Positions 25,890 through 37,146 of a stretch of DNA of 63,226 nucleotides are shown piece by piece. Under the pieces are notes generated by a model that was given only the letters and a program-made list of their open reading frames with translations, ran no database searches and was not told where the DNA came from. The translations under genes were made by a program, and so were the position numbers. The DNA comes from Treponema sp. (GTDB lineage Bacteria; Spirochaetota; Spirochaetia; Treponematales; Breznakiellaceae): NCBI GenBank assembly GCA_031258305.1, contig JAIRNA010000097.1, positions 1-63,226 on the forward strand. The letters run 5' to 3'. Position 1 is the first letter of the stretch. Every line of letters begins with the position of its first letter.

Positions 25890-28800
25890 GTGGAGAGAAG
25901 AGATAAAGAAAGAGTTCTTATCGGAAAAGATATTCAGAATGGAGTAGACCCGAAAGATGTGATGGAGATGCCGGACTTGATTGACATTCAGCTTTGCTCT
26001 TACGAGCGATTCCTGCAAAGGGAGCGACTGAGACGGGGTGAAAAACCGGAGAATCAGGGGCTTGAAGAAGCCTTCCGTGCAACATTTCCCATCGTGAGCC
26101 AAAATGAAGAGACGGTTCTTGAGTATGAATACTACAGTCTTGATGAAGAAGGAGTCAAATTTAACGAGCAGGAATGTCATCAAAAAGGACTCACATACGC
26201 TATTCCTCTTAAGGCGCGTATAAACCTCATCTTTCAGCAGACAGGTGAAATTCGTCAGAAAAACATCTACATGGGCGACATCCCCATTATGACGGAACGG
26301 GGAACATTCATCATCAACGGTGCTGAACGTGTCGTTGTGAGTCAAATTCACCGCTCACCAGGCGTCATCTTTAACCACGAAAAAGGTGTATTTTCTTCAC
26401 GTATCATCCCTTATCGCGGGTCGTGGCTTGAATTCGAGGTTGACCAGAAAAAGGAGATGATTTACGCCAAAATAGACCGTAAGAAACGTATACTTGGTAC
26501 CATGTTTCTCCGCGCTCTGGGCTATGGCTGCCGCGAGGAGATTATCAAGAGTTTGTATAAGACCGTTTCTTTTGAAGTAAAGGACGATGAGGAAACCAGA
26601 GTGAAAATCTCCGGCAAATCGCTTGCCGCGCCGATTTGGATTGATGCGGATGAAAACGATAAAGCCGCAGTTGACGGCAGGAAAAAACTCTACAAAGCCG
26701 GTGAAAAGATGCATCCTCATAATGTTGATGATCTGTTGGCGCATAATATTCAAGTGATAGAAGTAATAGACTTTGAGGCAAAAGATTCCCTCAATTCTCC
26801 TATGATTCTGAATTGTTTTGAACGAGAAGAAATCAAGTATCCGGAAGACGACCCGACAAAAGACGAACCCACAAAGGAAACAGCTATCAGCGAGGTTTAT
26901 AAAGTGCTGATGCCCGGAGATTCTATTACCGTTGAAGCTGCGGAAAAAGACCTTATGACCCTATTCTTCAAGATATGGCGCTACGATCTTGGCAAGGTAG
27001 GGCGTTACAAGCTTAACAAGAAATTCAACCTCGAAATACCGATGGATACTTTCACATTGACCAAAGCTGACATCATCGCCACAATGAAATTTCTCATTAA
27101 AGTCTACATCGGCGAGGAAAACATAGATGATATTGACCATATGGGCAACCGGCGCGTGCGCTCTGTAGGTGAACTCATGACTGTCGAGATGAAAACCGCC
27201 TTTACACGCATAGAGAGAATCGCTAAAGAGCGTATGAATCTCAAGGAAATAGAAACCATCAAGCCCCAAGACCTTATCTCCATCAAGCCGATTGTGGCCG
27301 CAATCAAAGAATTTTTCGGTTCCAGTCAACTGTCCCAGTTTATGGACCAGGTGAACCCGCTCGCGGAACTCACCCACAAACGCAGGTTAAACGCCTTGGG
27401 ACCGGGCGGTTTGAGCAGGGACCGAGCCGGCTTTGAAGTGCGCGACGTGCATTATACGCATTATGGGAGAATGTGTCCGATAGAGACTCCAGAAGGACCG
27501 AACATCGGATTGATTGTTTCGCTGGCAAACTACACTCGCGTCAACGAGTACGGTTTTCTGGAGTCGCCCTACCGCCGCGTGGTAAACGGTGTTGCCGCCA
27601 AAGATATCGACTATCTTTCCGCAATGGAGGAAGACCGCTATTTCATAGCGCAAGCTTCGGCAAAACTCAATGCAGACGGTTCTTTCGCCGACCATCAGGT
27701 TTCATGCCGAAAGCAAGGTGATTACACGAGCCAACCACCCAAGGAAATAGATTATATGGACGTGTCCCCGCGGCAAATCATCTCGGTGTCCGCATCCCTC
27801 ATCCCTTTTCTGGAACACGACGATGCCAACCGTGCGCTCATGGGTTCCAACATGCAACGCCAGGCGGTGCCGCTGGTGTTTCCTGAAGCGCCTCGTGTGG
27901 GTACCGGTATGGAGGGCAAATGCGCCTATGATTCAGGTGTGCTTATCAAGGCTCGGCGAGACGGTGTGGTCATCCGCGTGACATGTAGTGAAATTATCAT
28001 CCAGCCAGACGATCGACAAACTAAGTCGCCGGAAACGGACAAACGCGGATTTGATGTCTACAAATTGCTAAAATACCAGCGGACCAATCAAGACACATGC
28101 TACAACCAGCGCCCCATTGTGAAACTTGGTGCCCGTGTGAGCGCCGGGCAGGTGATTGCGGACGGTCCCGCAACCCAAAATGGAGAACTTGCCTTAGGGC
28201 GTAACTTGCTCGTGGGCTTTATGCCGTGGAACGGGTACAATTACGAAGACTCAATCCTCATTTCACAGAGAGTTGTAAGAGAGGATATGTTTACATCTGT
28301 CCATATAAAGGAATTCCCGATTGAGATTAGAGAGACGAAACTCGGTCCCGAAAGAATAACCCGCGACATACCAAATATGAGTGAAAAGAGCCTGGACAGT
28401 CTTGATGCTGAAGGCGTCATCATCGTCGGCGCAAAGGTGTGGGCAGGCGACATTTTGGTCGGTAAGGTTACGCCCAAGAGCGAAACCGAAACCACGCCGG
28501 AATTCAAGCTGTTAAACTCAATTTTCGGCGAAAAGGCGAAAGATGTACGAGACACATCGTTGCGTGTACCACACGGTATCGACGGTACGGTGATTGAGAT
28601 TCAGCGGTTGAGTAGAGCCAACGGAGACGACTTGAACCCAGGTGTCAATGAAGTCGTCAAGGTGTTGATTGCCACCAAGCGCAAGCTCCGCGAAGGCGAC
28701 AAAATGGCTGGCCGCCACGGCAATAAAGGCGTCGTCGCCCGTGTTTTGCCGGAAGAAGATATGCCCTATATGGATGATGGTACTCCGCTTGACCTGTGCC

Positions 28801-29456
28801 TCACCCCGCTTGGTGTGCCGTCCCGCATGAACATCGGTCAGCTTTTGGAAACAGAGTTAAGCTGGGCGGGTATCAAACTGAATGAATGGTATGCAACGCC
28901 GGTGTTCCAGTCTCCCACAACCGATCAGATAGCCGAAAAGCTGAAAGAAGCGGGCGTGTGCAATGAGGATGAGCATCTTCGTACCAAGACCTATCTGCGC
29001 GATGGGCGTACTGGCGAGCGATTTGTCAACCCGATTTTCTGTGGGGTCATCTATTTCCTGAAACTGCACCACCTCGTGGATGACAAAATGCACGCGCGTT
29101 CCACCGGTCCTTACTCGCTGGTGACGCAGCAACCCCTTGGTGGAAAAGCGCAATTCGGAGGGCAGAGGCTCGGTGAAATGGAGGTATGGGCGCTTGAGGC
29201 TTACGGCGCGGCAAATACCTTGCAGGAACTACTTACCATAAAGTCGGACGATATGACCGGGCGTTCTAAGGTTTACGAAGCCATCGTTAAAGGTGAACCA
29301 TCCACGACCGCAGGTGTTCCTGAATCGTTCAACGTGCTGGTGCAAGAGCTTCGTGGACTTGCCATGGATTTGACCATATTTGACGACCACGACAAACAAA
29401 TTGCTCTCACGGAACGCGACGAAGAGATGATTGAAAAAGCGGGAAGCAATTTCTAG
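25890..29456 (+). CDS. rpoB: DNA-directed RNA polymerase subunit beta
   Basis: 1188 aa with conserved blocks ([46 protein letters not shown]). GTG start after AGGGAGGG. Confidence 0.98.
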   Translation: MERRDKERVLIGKDIQNGVDPKDVMEMPDLIDIQLCSYERFLQRERLRRGEKPENQGLEEAFRATFPIVSQNEETVLEYEYYSLDEEGVKFNEQECHQKGLTYAIPLKARINLIFQQTGEIRQKNIYMGDIPIMTERGTFIINGAERVVVSQIHRSPGVIFNHEKGVFSSRIIPYRGSWLEFEVDQKKEMIYAKIDRKKRILGTMFLRALGYGCREEIIKSLYKTVSFEVKDDEETRVKISGKSLAAPIWIDADENDKAAVDGRKKLYKAGEKMHPHNVDDLLAHNIQVIEVIDFEAKDSLNSPMILNCFEREEIKYPEDDPTKDEPTKETAISEVYKVLMPGDSITVEAAEKDLMTLFFKIWRYDLGKVGRYKLNKKFNLEIPMDTFTLTKADIIATMKFLIKVYIGEENIDDIDHMGNRRVRSVGELMTVEMKTAFTRIERIAKERMNLKEIETIKPQDLISIKPIVAAIKEFFGSSQLSQFMDQVNPLAELTHKRRLNALGPGGLSRDRAGFEVRDVHYTHYGRMCPIETPEGPNIGLIVSLANYTRVNEYGFLESPYRRVVNGVAAKDIDYLSAMEEDRYFIAQASAKLNADGSFADHQVSCRKQGDYTSQPPKEIDYMDVSPRQIISVSASLIPFLEHDDANRALMGSNMQRQAVPLVFPEAPRVGTGMEGKCAYDSGVLIKARRDGVVIRVTCSEIIIQPDDRQTKSPETDKRGFDVYKLLKYQRTNQDTCYNQRPIVKLGARVSAGQVIADGPATQNGELALGRNLLVGFMPWNGYNYEDSILISQRVVREDMFTSVHIKEFPIEIRETKLGPERITRDIPNMSEKSLDSLDAEGVIIVGAKVWAGDILVGKVTPKSETETTPEFKLLNSIFGEKAKDVRDTSLRVPHGIDGTVIEIQRLSRANGDDLNPGVNEVVKVLIATKRKLREGDKMAGRHGNKGVVARVLPEEDMPYMDDGTPLDLCLTPLGVPSRMNIGQLLETELSWAGIKLNEWYATPVFQSPTTDQIAEKLKEAGVCNEDEHLRTKTYLRDGRTGERFVNPIFCGVIYFLKLHHLVDDKMHARSTGPYSLVTQQPLGGKAQFGGQRLGEMEVWALEAYGAANTLQELLTIKSDDMTGRSKVYEAIVKGEPSTTAGVPESFNVLVQELRGLAMDLTIFDDHDKQIALTERDEEMIEKAGSNF

Positions 29457-29460
29457 ATTT

Positions 29461-29566
29461 AGTGGGTTGGGGATTGCGGTTGGGAGCGTTATTATAAATA
29501 TTGCTTGAAAGAAACAAGCTCTGTTTTTTAACAAAAAACTACTCCTATTCCTCTTTCCCCACTCCT
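29461..29566 (+). repeat. Intergenic hairpin element (instance G, rpoB|rpoC)
   Basis: Purine arm AGTGGGTTGGGGATTGCGGTTGGGAGCG 29461-29488 and pyrimidine arm CTACTCCTATTCCTCTTTCCCCACTCC 29540-29566. Apical stem GCTTG-AAAGAAA-CAAGC. Confidence 0.45.
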
Positions 29567-29623
29567 AAGAGACTACTCAAAGCAAGTGATTCATCGTTAT
29601 AAAACAAACAACGAGGAGAAAAA

Positions 29624-32600
29624 ATGAGAGACATACAAGATTTCAATTGGATACGGATACAGTTGGCTTCGCCTGAAAAGATTCGGGCGTGGTCTTATGG
29701 GGAAGTAAAAAAACCTGAAACCATCAACTACCGGACCTTGCGCCCGGAAAAGGATGGGCTCTTCTGTGAGCGAATATTCGGCACCACGAAGGAGTGGGAG
29801 TGTTATTGCGGAAAGTTCAAATCCATCCGTTATAAGGGCGTAATTTGTGACCGGTGCGGTGTGGAAGTAACTCATTTCAAAGTGCGACGCGAGCGCATGG
29901 GACATATCGAGCTTGCCGCGCCCGTTTCGCATATATGGTATTATCGATCCGTACCGAGCAGAATGGGACTCCTCCTCGATATGACGATGTCCAATCTCCG
30001 ATCCGTGCTTTACTACGAAAAGTATGTGGTGATTGAGCCGGGTGACACGGATCTCAAGAAGATGCAGATTCTCACAGAGGAAGAATACGCGGAGGCACAA
30101 GAGCGTTACAGCGGCGGTTTTACCGCAGGTATGGGGGCAGAAGCTGTTAAAACCTTGCTCGAAAATCTAGACCTTAACGCGATGGCCGCAGAACTCCGTG
30201 AAAAAATGATAGAAAAAGGCATAAAATCCGACAAACGCCTGTTGAGACGTATCGAGATTGTGGAGAATTTCCGCGCGTCTGACAACAAGCCGGAGTGGAT
30301 GATTATGGATGTGATTCCTGTGATTCCGCCTGATCTCCGCCCCATGGTGCAACTCGAAGGCGGTAGGTTCGCCACCAGTGACCTGAATGATCTTTATCGG
30401 CGTGTCATCAACCGCAACAATCGGCTCCACAGGCTCCAAGCCATGAGCGCGCCGGAAATCATTATCCGCAATGAAAAACGGATGCTTCAAGAGGCGGTTG
30501 ATGCGCTTTTTGACAATTCCAAGAAAAAGCGTGTGGTAAAAGGCGCAAGCAACCGCCCGCTCAAATCCATTTCTGATATGCTCAAGGGCAAACAGGGACG
30601 TTTCCGTCAGAACCTGCTTGGTAAGCGCGTTGACTATTCCGGGCGCTCGGTCATCACGGTCGGTCCGAATCTGAAAATGTGGCAGTGCGGATTGCCGGTT
30701 AAGATGGCGCTGGAACTTTTCAAACCCTTCATAATGAAGCGTCTCGTTGACAAAGGCGTTGTCTACAACATAAAGAAGGCGAAACTGCTCGTGGAGCAGG
30801 AAACGCCGGAAGTTTTTGCAGTTCTGGACGATGTGGTGAGAGAACATCCTGTTCTGTTGAACCGCGCTCCGACCCTGCACCGTTTGGGTATTCAGGCGTT
30901 TGAACCAGTACTTGTGGAAGGTAAAGCTATCCGTCTGAATCCGCTTGTGTGCCACGCCTTCAACGCGGACTTTGATGGGGACCAGATGGCGATTCACGTA
31001 CCGCTTACCCAAGCCGCGCAAATGGAGTGTTGGACGCTTATGCTTTCTGTTCGCAACCTGCTCGACCCGGCAAATGGTAAGACCATCGTATATCCTTCGC
31101 AGGATATGGTATTGGGATGCAACTTCCTCACCCGTCCCAAGCCAAAATCTGATGACAAGGACAAGCAGGCAAAAGGGCAGGGGCGCTATTATTCCAGCTA
31201 TGAAGAAATGCTGATGGCGATTGACGCGAAGTCGCTCGACTGGGAGGCATTGATTTTTACTCATCCCACCAAATTTCCTGTATGGGAAAAAGCGGGTAAA
31301 GAAGCGATGAACAAGAAAGGTGAGGCGATTTCTAAAGATGATTACATCGAGACGACCGCCGGACGACTCGCATTCAACGATGAAATGCCGTCGGAGATTC
31401 CTTTCATCAACTATGAATTGAAAGATAAAGAGTTACGCGCTCTCATTGAGAAAATATTCGAGACCAAAGGTTCGTGGGTAACCGTGCAAATGGTTGACGC
31501 AATCAAAGATACTGGTTATAAATACGCTACGCTTTTCGGCGCGACTATAGGCATTGACGATATCGTCGTACCGAAAGAAAAACCCGATATGCTCGACAAG
31601 GCGAACATGGAAGTCGAAGCTATACAGAAACAGTACGAACAAGGCGTAATTACCAGTCAGGAACGCTACGACCGCGTGATTGACGTTTGGAACAAGTGTA
31701 ACGAAGACTTAACAGCTATCGTGATGAAGACTCTGGAGGCGGACAAGGATGGGTTTAACTCGATTCATATGATGGCGAACTCTGGAGCGCGTGGTAGCAA
31801 GACGCAGATCCGCCAGCTCGCTGGTATGCGAGGGCTTTTATCCAAGCCGAATCAAGAAATCATCGAATTGCCCGTGCGTGCTAACTTCAAAGAAGGGTTG
31901 TCGGTCATTGAGTTTTTTATTTCCACAAATGGCGCACGCAAAGGCTTAACCGATACGGCGCTGAAAACGTCCGAAGCTGGGTACCTGACCCGCCGTCTCG
32001 TTGACATTGCCCAAGACGTGGTAATAAACCAAGAGGATTGCGGCACCATCAACGGCATTGCCTACACTGCTATTAAGGACGGTGAAGAAGTCGTCGAATC
32101 CCTACACGATCGCATCGTAGGACGTTATACATCCGAGCGGATCAAGCACCCAATCACCGGCGAAATCATTGTTGACATAAATGATGAAATCACCGAAGAA
32201 CTCACGAAAAAGATTGACGAAGCCGGTGTGGAGTCGGTGTCCATCAGGACGGTTTTGACCTGTGAAGCCCAGCATGGGGTTTGTCAGAAATGTTATGGCA
32301 GAAACCTCGCCACGAACCGGCACGTTGACATCGGCGAAGCGGTCGGCATCATAGCGGCCCAGTCCATCGGTCAGCCCGGCACCCAGCTCACAATGCGGAC
32401 ATTTCACATCGGCGGCGCGGCGTCTACAAAAGGCGAAGACAATCGTATCTATCTCAAGTATCCAGTCTACATCAAGGATATTTCTGGTGTTCATGTGGAG
32501 ATTAAGGATGGTCATTGGCTTTTCACCCGTAAAGGACAGATGGTTGTCAATAAGGTTATGGGTGAGTTCAAGCTGGAAGAAGGTGACGAAGTCCTTATCG

Positions 32601-34000
32601 AGGACAATCAGCGGGTCTACCGCGGGGTTCCGGTGATCCAGCGGGGCGATGAGGAAATTCTCGCATCTGAAAACGCCTATGCATTAAAAATCGAAAGAAC
32701 TCTTTACCTGATCGGGCAGGAGCAGAAGCTCGAAATCCGCAATGGGTCGGAGGTCGGGGTGAAAAAAGGCGACATCGTTCTGGCAGAGAAAACCATCGCC
32801 ACGTTCGACCCGTTCTCAGACCCGATTATTGCCGAAAAATCCGGCGCCGTACGCTATGAGGACATCATAGATGGTACGACCATGAAGATAGAATTTGACG
32901 AGAATGGCAACTCAGAAAAGCGCATCACGGATTTGCAATTGGAGAATAAACAGCCTCGTATCGTCATAACGAACATGGAAAACGAGGAAATATCTTACTT
33001 CTTGCCGGGCGGCGCCATTATTAATGTGGACGAAGGCGACCATATCGAAGCCGGACGTACCATTGCCAAGATCCTGAAAGAATCGGCAAAGGCGAGCGAT
33101 ATCACGAGTGGTTTACCCCGTGTGAGCGAGCTTTTCGAAGCGCGCAGGCCAAAAAGTCCATCCGTGCTTGCCCAAGTGTCCGGTACCGTGCATTTCAAAG
33201 GTACCGTCAAAGGGAAGCGCCAGGTCGTTATTGAGGATTATTTCGGCAAGGAGTGTAAGCACCTTATTCCGGTCGTCAAACGCCTGCTCGTGCGAGATGG
33301 CGATACGGTCGATGCCGGCGAACCGCTCTGCGTCGGTTCTGCAGATCCTCACGAGGTCCTGCATATTATGGGCGAAAGTTACCTGCACCGCTATCTGATG
33401 GACGAAATTCAGCAGGTTTATCGGTTACAGGGCGTTACCATCAACGATAAGCATATCGGCGTCATCATCCGCCAGATGATGCGTAAGGTTTCCATCATTG
33501 CGGTCGGGGACACGCGATTCATCTACGGTCAGCTTGTCGATAAATACCAATTCCACGAAGAGAACAACCGTGTCATCAGCGAGGGCGGTCAACCGGCTGT
33601 TGCCCGTCCGGTGTTCCAGGGCATTACTCGCGCCAGCCTCAACATCGATTCGTTCCTTTCGGCCGCGAGCTTCCAGGAAACTACTCGCGTCCTTACCAAC
33701 GCGGCCATCGCCGGATCCACAGATCTCCTGCATGGCTTAAAGGAAAATATCATTATCGGGCATCCGATTCCGGCTGGTACCGGTATGAAACGCTACAGGG
33801 AGGTGAAATTATTCGGACAAGAGAATCAGGACCTGGATGCGGAAATGGAGGAGATCCTCGAAAGAAGACGGCTTGAGCAGGTCGTAGAGCCGGAAGGACT
33901 CTTAGATTTGACCTACGACGATGATGACGATCTTGATGACGATCTTCCGCCTGAAATAGACGATATTATCGACGACGAAGATGGAGACGAAGACGAATAA
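29624..34000 (+). CDS. rpoC: DNA-directed RNA polymerase subunit beta' with an acidic C-terminal tail
   Basis: 1458 aa. Zn finger [20 protein letters not shown], catalytic NADFDGDQM, and a [27 protein letters not shown] tail. Confidence 0.98.
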   Translation: MRDIQDFNWIRIQLASPEKIRAWSYGEVKKPETINYRTLRPEKDGLFCERIFGTTKEWECYCGKFKSIRYKGVICDRCGVEVTHFKVRRERMGHIELAAPVSHIWYYRSVPSRMGLLLDMTMSNLRSVLYYEKYVVIEPGDTDLKKMQILTEEEYAEAQERYSGGFTAGMGAEAVKTLLENLDLNAMAAELREKMIEKGIKSDKRLLRRIEIVENFRASDNKPEWMIMDVIPVIPPDLRPMVQLEGGRFATSDLNDLYRRVINRNNRLHRLQAMSAPEIIIRNEKRMLQEAVDALFDNSKKKRVVKGASNRPLKSISDMLKGKQGRFRQNLLGKRVDYSGRSVITVGPNLKMWQCGLPVKMALELFKPFIMKRLVDKGVVYNIKKAKLLVEQETPEVFAVLDDVVREHPVLLNRAPTLHRLGIQAFEPVLVEGKAIRLNPLVCHAFNADFDGDQMAIHVPLTQAAQMECWTLMLSVRNLLDPANGKTIVYPSQDMVLGCNFLTRPKPKSDDKDKQAKGQGRYYSSYEEMLMAIDAKSLDWEALIFTHPTKFPVWEKAGKEAMNKKGEAISKDDYIETTAGRLAFNDEMPSEIPFINYELKDKELRALIEKIFETKGSWVTVQMVDAIKDTGYKYATLFGATIGIDDIVVPKEKPDMLDKANMEVEAIQKQYEQGVITSQERYDRVIDVWNKCNEDLTAIVMKTLEADKDGFNSIHMMANSGARGSKTQIRQLAGMRGLLSKPNQEIIELPVRANFKEGLSVIEFFISTNGARKGLTDTALKTSEAGYLTRRLVDIAQDVVINQEDCGTINGIAYTAIKDGEEVVESLHDRIVGRYTSERIKHPITGEIIVDINDEITEELTKKIDEAGVESVSIRTVLTCEAQHGVCQKCYGRNLATNRHVDIGEAVGIIAAQSIGQPGTQLTMRTFHIGGAASTKGEDNRIYLKYPVYIKDISGVHVEIKDGHWLFTRKGQMVVNKVMGEFKLEEGDEVLIEDNQRVYRGVPVIQRGDEEILASENAYALKIERTLYLIGQEQKLEIRNGSEVGVKKGDIVLAEKTIATFDPFSDPIIAEKSGAVRYEDIIDGTTMKIEFDENGNSEKRITDLQLENKQPRIVITNMENEEISYFLPGGAIINVDEGDHIEAGRTIAKILKESAKASDITSGLPRVSELFEARRPKSPSVLAQVSGTVHFKGTVKGKRQVVIEDYFGKECKHLIPVVKRLLVRDGDTVDAGEPLCVGSADPHEVLHIMGESYLHRYLMDEIQQVYRLQGVTINDKHIGVIIRQMMRKVSIIAVGDTRFIYGQLVDKYQFHEENNRVISEGGQPAVARPVFQGITRASLNIDSFLSAASFQETTRVLTNAAIAGSTDLLHGLKENIIIGHPIPAGTGMKRYREVKLFGQENQDLDAEMEEILERRRLEQVVEPEGLLDLTYDDDDDLDDDLPPEIDDIIDDEDGDEDE

Positions 34001-34074
34001 GCGGAGCGGAAAGAGGGTGTTTACTGAAATTATGAAACTTTGTTCGCTAACAAAAATTTTATTCCTACTTTCTT
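34001..34074 (+). repeat. Weak member of the intergenic hairpin family (instance H, after rpoC)
   Basis: GCGGAGCGGAAAGAGGGTG 34001-34019 and TTATTCCTACTTTCTTC ~34058-34074 flank a TTGTTCGCTAACAAAAA-type core. Complementarity is poor. Confidence 0.25.
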
Positions 34075-34119
34075 CAAAATTTTTAGAACTCCACCAATTT
34101 GCCGTTGTATACTGACAAG

Positions 34120-35403
34120 ATGAAGACGATATATCTCGTGTTTTTTATTCTATTCTCCATTCCCGTCTTTGCCTACATAGACCCCGGAACCGGTAGTATG
34201 CTTTTTTCTCTGCTCACCGGGCTGGCGGTGACGATGTTTTTCTTGGCGAAAAATTTGCTATTGAGGATAAAGTCGGGATTTTCCCTTAAAAAGGCGCTTA
34301 CCGTGGTGGACGGCGCTAGGCGCCAGCGGCTTGTTATTTTTTCCGAAGGCAAACAGTACTGGAATGTGTTCAAACCGATTGTGGAAGAGTTGAGTGCACG
34401 TGGAATTGCCTGTATGTATTACAGCGCCGGAGAAGACGACCCCGGGCTCGCCTTTGAATCTTCATCCGTACATACGCGGTTCATAGGAGTCGGTAATGCG
34501 GCTTATCGGTTCCTCAACTTCCTCGAGGCTGAAGTATGCCTTACAACGACACCGGGGCTTGATGTATTCCAATTGAAGCGTTCGCCGGGCGTTCAACACT
34601 ATTGTCACATACTCCATACACTCACGGACGCCGCTACCTATCGGCTTTTCGGTATAGATTATTACGATAGCGTGCTTTTAACCGGCGATTATCAGAAGAA
34701 AGACATACGCGCTTTAGAGAAATTGCGTGGCTTAAAGGAAAAAACACTGGAAGTCGTAGGTTGCACCTATCTTGATGTTTTTCAGACGCGACTAAAAGGT
34801 ATGATCGAGGGCCGAAGGGATACTTCAGGGAATGTGCTTGTCGCGCCGTCATGGGGAGAAAATGCCATATTGAGACGCTATGGGCTACGGCTTCTTGAAC
34901 CACTGGCAAAATCGCGGTTTCATATCGTCATACGCCCACATCCACAGACTATGATTGTAGAAAAGGATGCCGTTGATAAACTAATGGGTGCCTTGAAGCC
35001 CTATAGAAACGTAGAATGGAATTTTGATACGGAAAATCTGGATGCCCTTTCCCGTGCGGACCTGATGATTTCAGACTTTTCCGGCGTTATATTCGATTTC
35101 GCTTTCTTGTTTAACCGTCCGGTGGTTTACGCATGTTTTGACTTCGACAAGCGTCCTTACGACCTGTCGGATATTGAGGACGAGACCTGGACATTCCGCG
35201 CCATACGGATACTGGGTAGTCCGCTCGATGAAAGCAGTTTTGCGGACATAGAACATACTCTTGATAAGGTACTGGGCAAGGATAGACGAGAAATCCAACT
35301 GCTGAAGGATGAGGCATGGGCATTCCGCGGGCAAGCCGGTAAGAAAACCGTTGATTTTCTCGAATCATTACTGGAGAAAACCGCTAAAGGCCGAAGTTTT
35401 TAG
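34120..35403 (+). CDS. CDP-glycerol glycerophosphotransferase (TagB/TagF) family protein with N-terminal TM helices
   Basis: HIVIRPHPQT and DLMISDFSGVIFDFAFLFNRPVVY resemble the Glyphos_transf family. The start is ATG 34120 or TTG 34099. Confidence 0.7.
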   Translation: MKTIYLVFFILFSIPVFAYIDPGTGSMLFSLLTGLAVTMFFLAKNLLLRIKSGFSLKKALTVVDGARRQRLVIFSEGKQYWNVFKPIVEELSARGIACMYYSAGEDDPGLAFESSSVHTRFIGVGNAAYRFLNFLEAEVCLTTTPGLDVFQLKRSPGVQHYCHILHTLTDAATYRLFGIDYYDSVLLTGDYQKKDIRALEKLRGLKEKTLEVVGCTYLDVFQTRLKGMIEGRRDTSGNVLVAPSWGENAILRRYGLRLLEPLAKSRFHIVIRPHPQTMIVEKDAVDKLMGALKPYRNVEWNFDTENLDALSRADLMISDFSGVIFDFAFLFNRPVVYACFDFDKRPYDLSDIEDETWTFRAIRILGSPLDESSFADIEHTLDKVLGKDRREIQLLKDEAWAFRGQAGKKTVDFLESLLEKTAKGRSF

Positions 35404-35464
35404 CGGTTATACGATAATGATGTACCCGCTGTTGGCGGATTAAATTCATAGATAAGGAGGAACA

Positions 35465-35695
35465 ATGTCAGATATAGCATTCGACATAGTAAAGACTTAC
35501 GGGGCGATTTCCGAAGAAAAAAGCGGATGGAAAAAAGAATTCAATCTGGTATCGTGGAACAATCGCGTCCCGAAATTTGACATTCGCGATTGGGATCCGT
35601 ATCACGAAAAGATGGGAAAGGGCATTACACTCTCACGAGAAGAAGCTGAAAAACTAGCGAAATTGCTCGCGGTGGCATTATCCGAGGAAAAATGA
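35465..35695 (+). CDS. YdbC-like PC4/p15-type single-stranded DNA-binding protein
   Basis: GWKKEFNLVSWNNRVPKFDIRDWDPYHEKMGKGITLSREEAEKL closely parallels Lactococcus YdbC as I recall it. Confidence 0.75.
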   Translation: MSDIAFDIVKTYGAISEEKSGWKKEFNLVSWNNRVPKFDIRDWDPYHEKMGKGITLSREEAEKLAKLLAVALSEEK

Positions 35696-35786
35696 CCCCT
35701 CTCCTGTATTAAGCCTTTTGACGGACGTTTCGCACAAAGGAACAAAGTAATCGCCTTGTTTCGTATTATCGAAAAAATCGTATTGC

Positions 35787-35856
35787 AAAAAATTCAATTA
35801 TCGAGTAAACTTGTTAGTATAATATAAGGAAGGAAAGTACGATAATTGAATTTTTT
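35787..35856. promoter_or_regulatory. Perfect 17-bp inverted repeat upstream of the flagellar export genes
   Basis: AAAAAATTCAATTATCG 35787-35803 and CGATAATTGAATTTTTT 35840-35856 are separated by 36 nt containing GTATAAT. Confidence 0.5.
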
Positions 35857-35970
35857 AAAACCGTTCCTGTGGCGGGGGCGTTTATACATCTGAATTCTCG
35901 GACAAAGGGAAAAGGAGACGCGGCGAGTCTTGACAAACTTTTGTGTTGCACTTCCTCTTCCCCGGTAAAA

Positions 35971-37068
35971 ATGGATTTACAGTGGTTTGCGGCCGAGGAC
36001 GAAGGGCGTACCGAAGAGCCATCTGACTATAAGATTCGTAAAGCGCGGGAAGAAGAAGGACGGGTTGCCAAGAGTCAAGAATTTATCGGTGCGATGGTTC
36101 TACTCTTGCCGGCGCTTCTTCTGTTTTTTTTAGCCCCGTATCTGTTGCGGATATGTATGGAGTTGGTGAAATTCTTCATTTCCCGTGTGACATCCATGGA
36201 CCCTGCCAAGGACCGCTCCATTGCGGGCGTATGTTTGAGTTATTTTCTAAGACTATGTTTACCCATCATCCTGACCGCAATGGTGGCGGCGATCTTTTCA
36301 AACATGGTGCAGGTGGGAATTTTCTTCACGACCAAGCCGCTTACGCCGAATTTCTCGAAAATTGTCCCGCGTTTTGGAAAATACTTTCAAAAGACGCTTC
36401 TTTCAACGGAAGGCCTCTTTAATTTTTTCAAATCTATTGTTAAAATGCTTGCCATAGGCTTGACTGCTTATCTGTTGATACGCTCGAAATGGGCTGTTCT
36501 GACGAATTTGCAGACTGCGAGTCTGTGGCAGGGAGTTAGCACTATTTCTACGCTTGCGGCGCGAATGCTCATCATCGCGGCTTTGCTGTTAGGCGCTCTT
36601 GCCATACCGGACTATATGTTTCAGCGGTGGCAGTATCGAGAGTCTTTAAAGATGTCCCGCAAGGAAGTCGAGGAAGAGCGCAAGAGGGAAGAAGGGGATC
36701 CAATGGTACGGGCGCGTCTTCGTCGGCGTATGCGCCAGATTCTGACTAAAAATATGGCTATCAACACAGCGAAGGCGGATGTAGTCATAACGAACCCCAC
36801 ACACTTCGCAGTCGCCTTGGAGTACCATCAAGGCGAGGGCACCGCCCCGATAGTAACGGCAAAAGGCGAAGATGAAATGGCATTCCGCATCCGACGCATC
36901 GCCCTTGATAATGAGGTGCCGATCGTGGAAAACAAGCCTCTTGCTCGTGCTCTCTACGCAGAAACCGAAGTCGGCGACGAGGTGCCTTTTGCTTACTGGC
37001 AGGCGGTAATACTGATTCTTCGGAAAGTACGAGCGATTAATGAAGAAAGAAGGAGGAAGAGGGCGTAA
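35971..37068 (+). CDS. flhB: Flagellar type III export protein FlhB
   Basis: MDLQWFAAEDEGRTEEPSDYKIRKAREEGRVAKSQE N-terminus and NPTH autocleavage site (VITNPTHFAVAL). ATG 35971 is preferred over GTG 35869. Confidence 0.9.
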   Translation: MDLQWFAAEDEGRTEEPSDYKIRKAREEEGRVAKSQEFIGAMVLLLPALLLFFLAPYLLRICMELVKFFISRVTSMDPAKDRSIAGVCLSYFLRLCLPIILTAMVAAIFSNMVQVGIFFTTKPLTPNFSKIVPRFGKYFQKTLLSTEGLFNFFKSIVKMLAIGLTAYLLIRSKWAVLTNLQTASLWQGVSTISTLAARMLIIAALLLGALAIPDYMFQRWQYRESLKMSRKEVEEERKREEGDPMVRARLRRRMRQILTKNMAINTAKADVVITNPTHFAVALEYHQGEGTAPIVTAKGEDEMAFRIRRIALDNEVPIVENKPLARALYAETEVGDEVPFAYWQAVILILRKVRAINEERRRKRA

Positions 37069-37133
37069 AGAAGAGGGATAGGAATCGTTCTTAGAAAGTT
37101 CTTCTATAAATTTCCTCCCCTATCCTACTCTTT
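37069..37133 (+). repeat. Intergenic hairpin element (instance I, flhB|flhA)
   Basis: AGAAGAGGGATAGGAA 37069-37084 and TTTCCTCCCCTATCCTACTCTTT 37111-37133. GGATAGG pairs with CCTATCC and AGAG with CTCT. There is no SD before the flhA ATG. Confidence 0.45.
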
Positions 37134-37146
37134 ATACCCACAAACA

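Noticed and set aside
30167-31264. 365-aa minus-strand ORF, plus several 60-170-aa ORFs on both strands, inside rpoC and rpoB
   Set aside because: They lie fully inside unambiguous RNA polymerase genes. They have no recognisable motifs and Arg/His/Leu-rich shadow-frame composition. These are antisense artefacts of codon bias.
35929-35960. TTGACA at ~35929 as the flhB promoter, and sigma-28-type promoters upstream of flhB or the MCP gene
   Set aside because: No acceptable -10 element lies at 16-18 nt from that TTGACA. No TAAA-N15-GCCGATAA match better than a CGATAA core was found.
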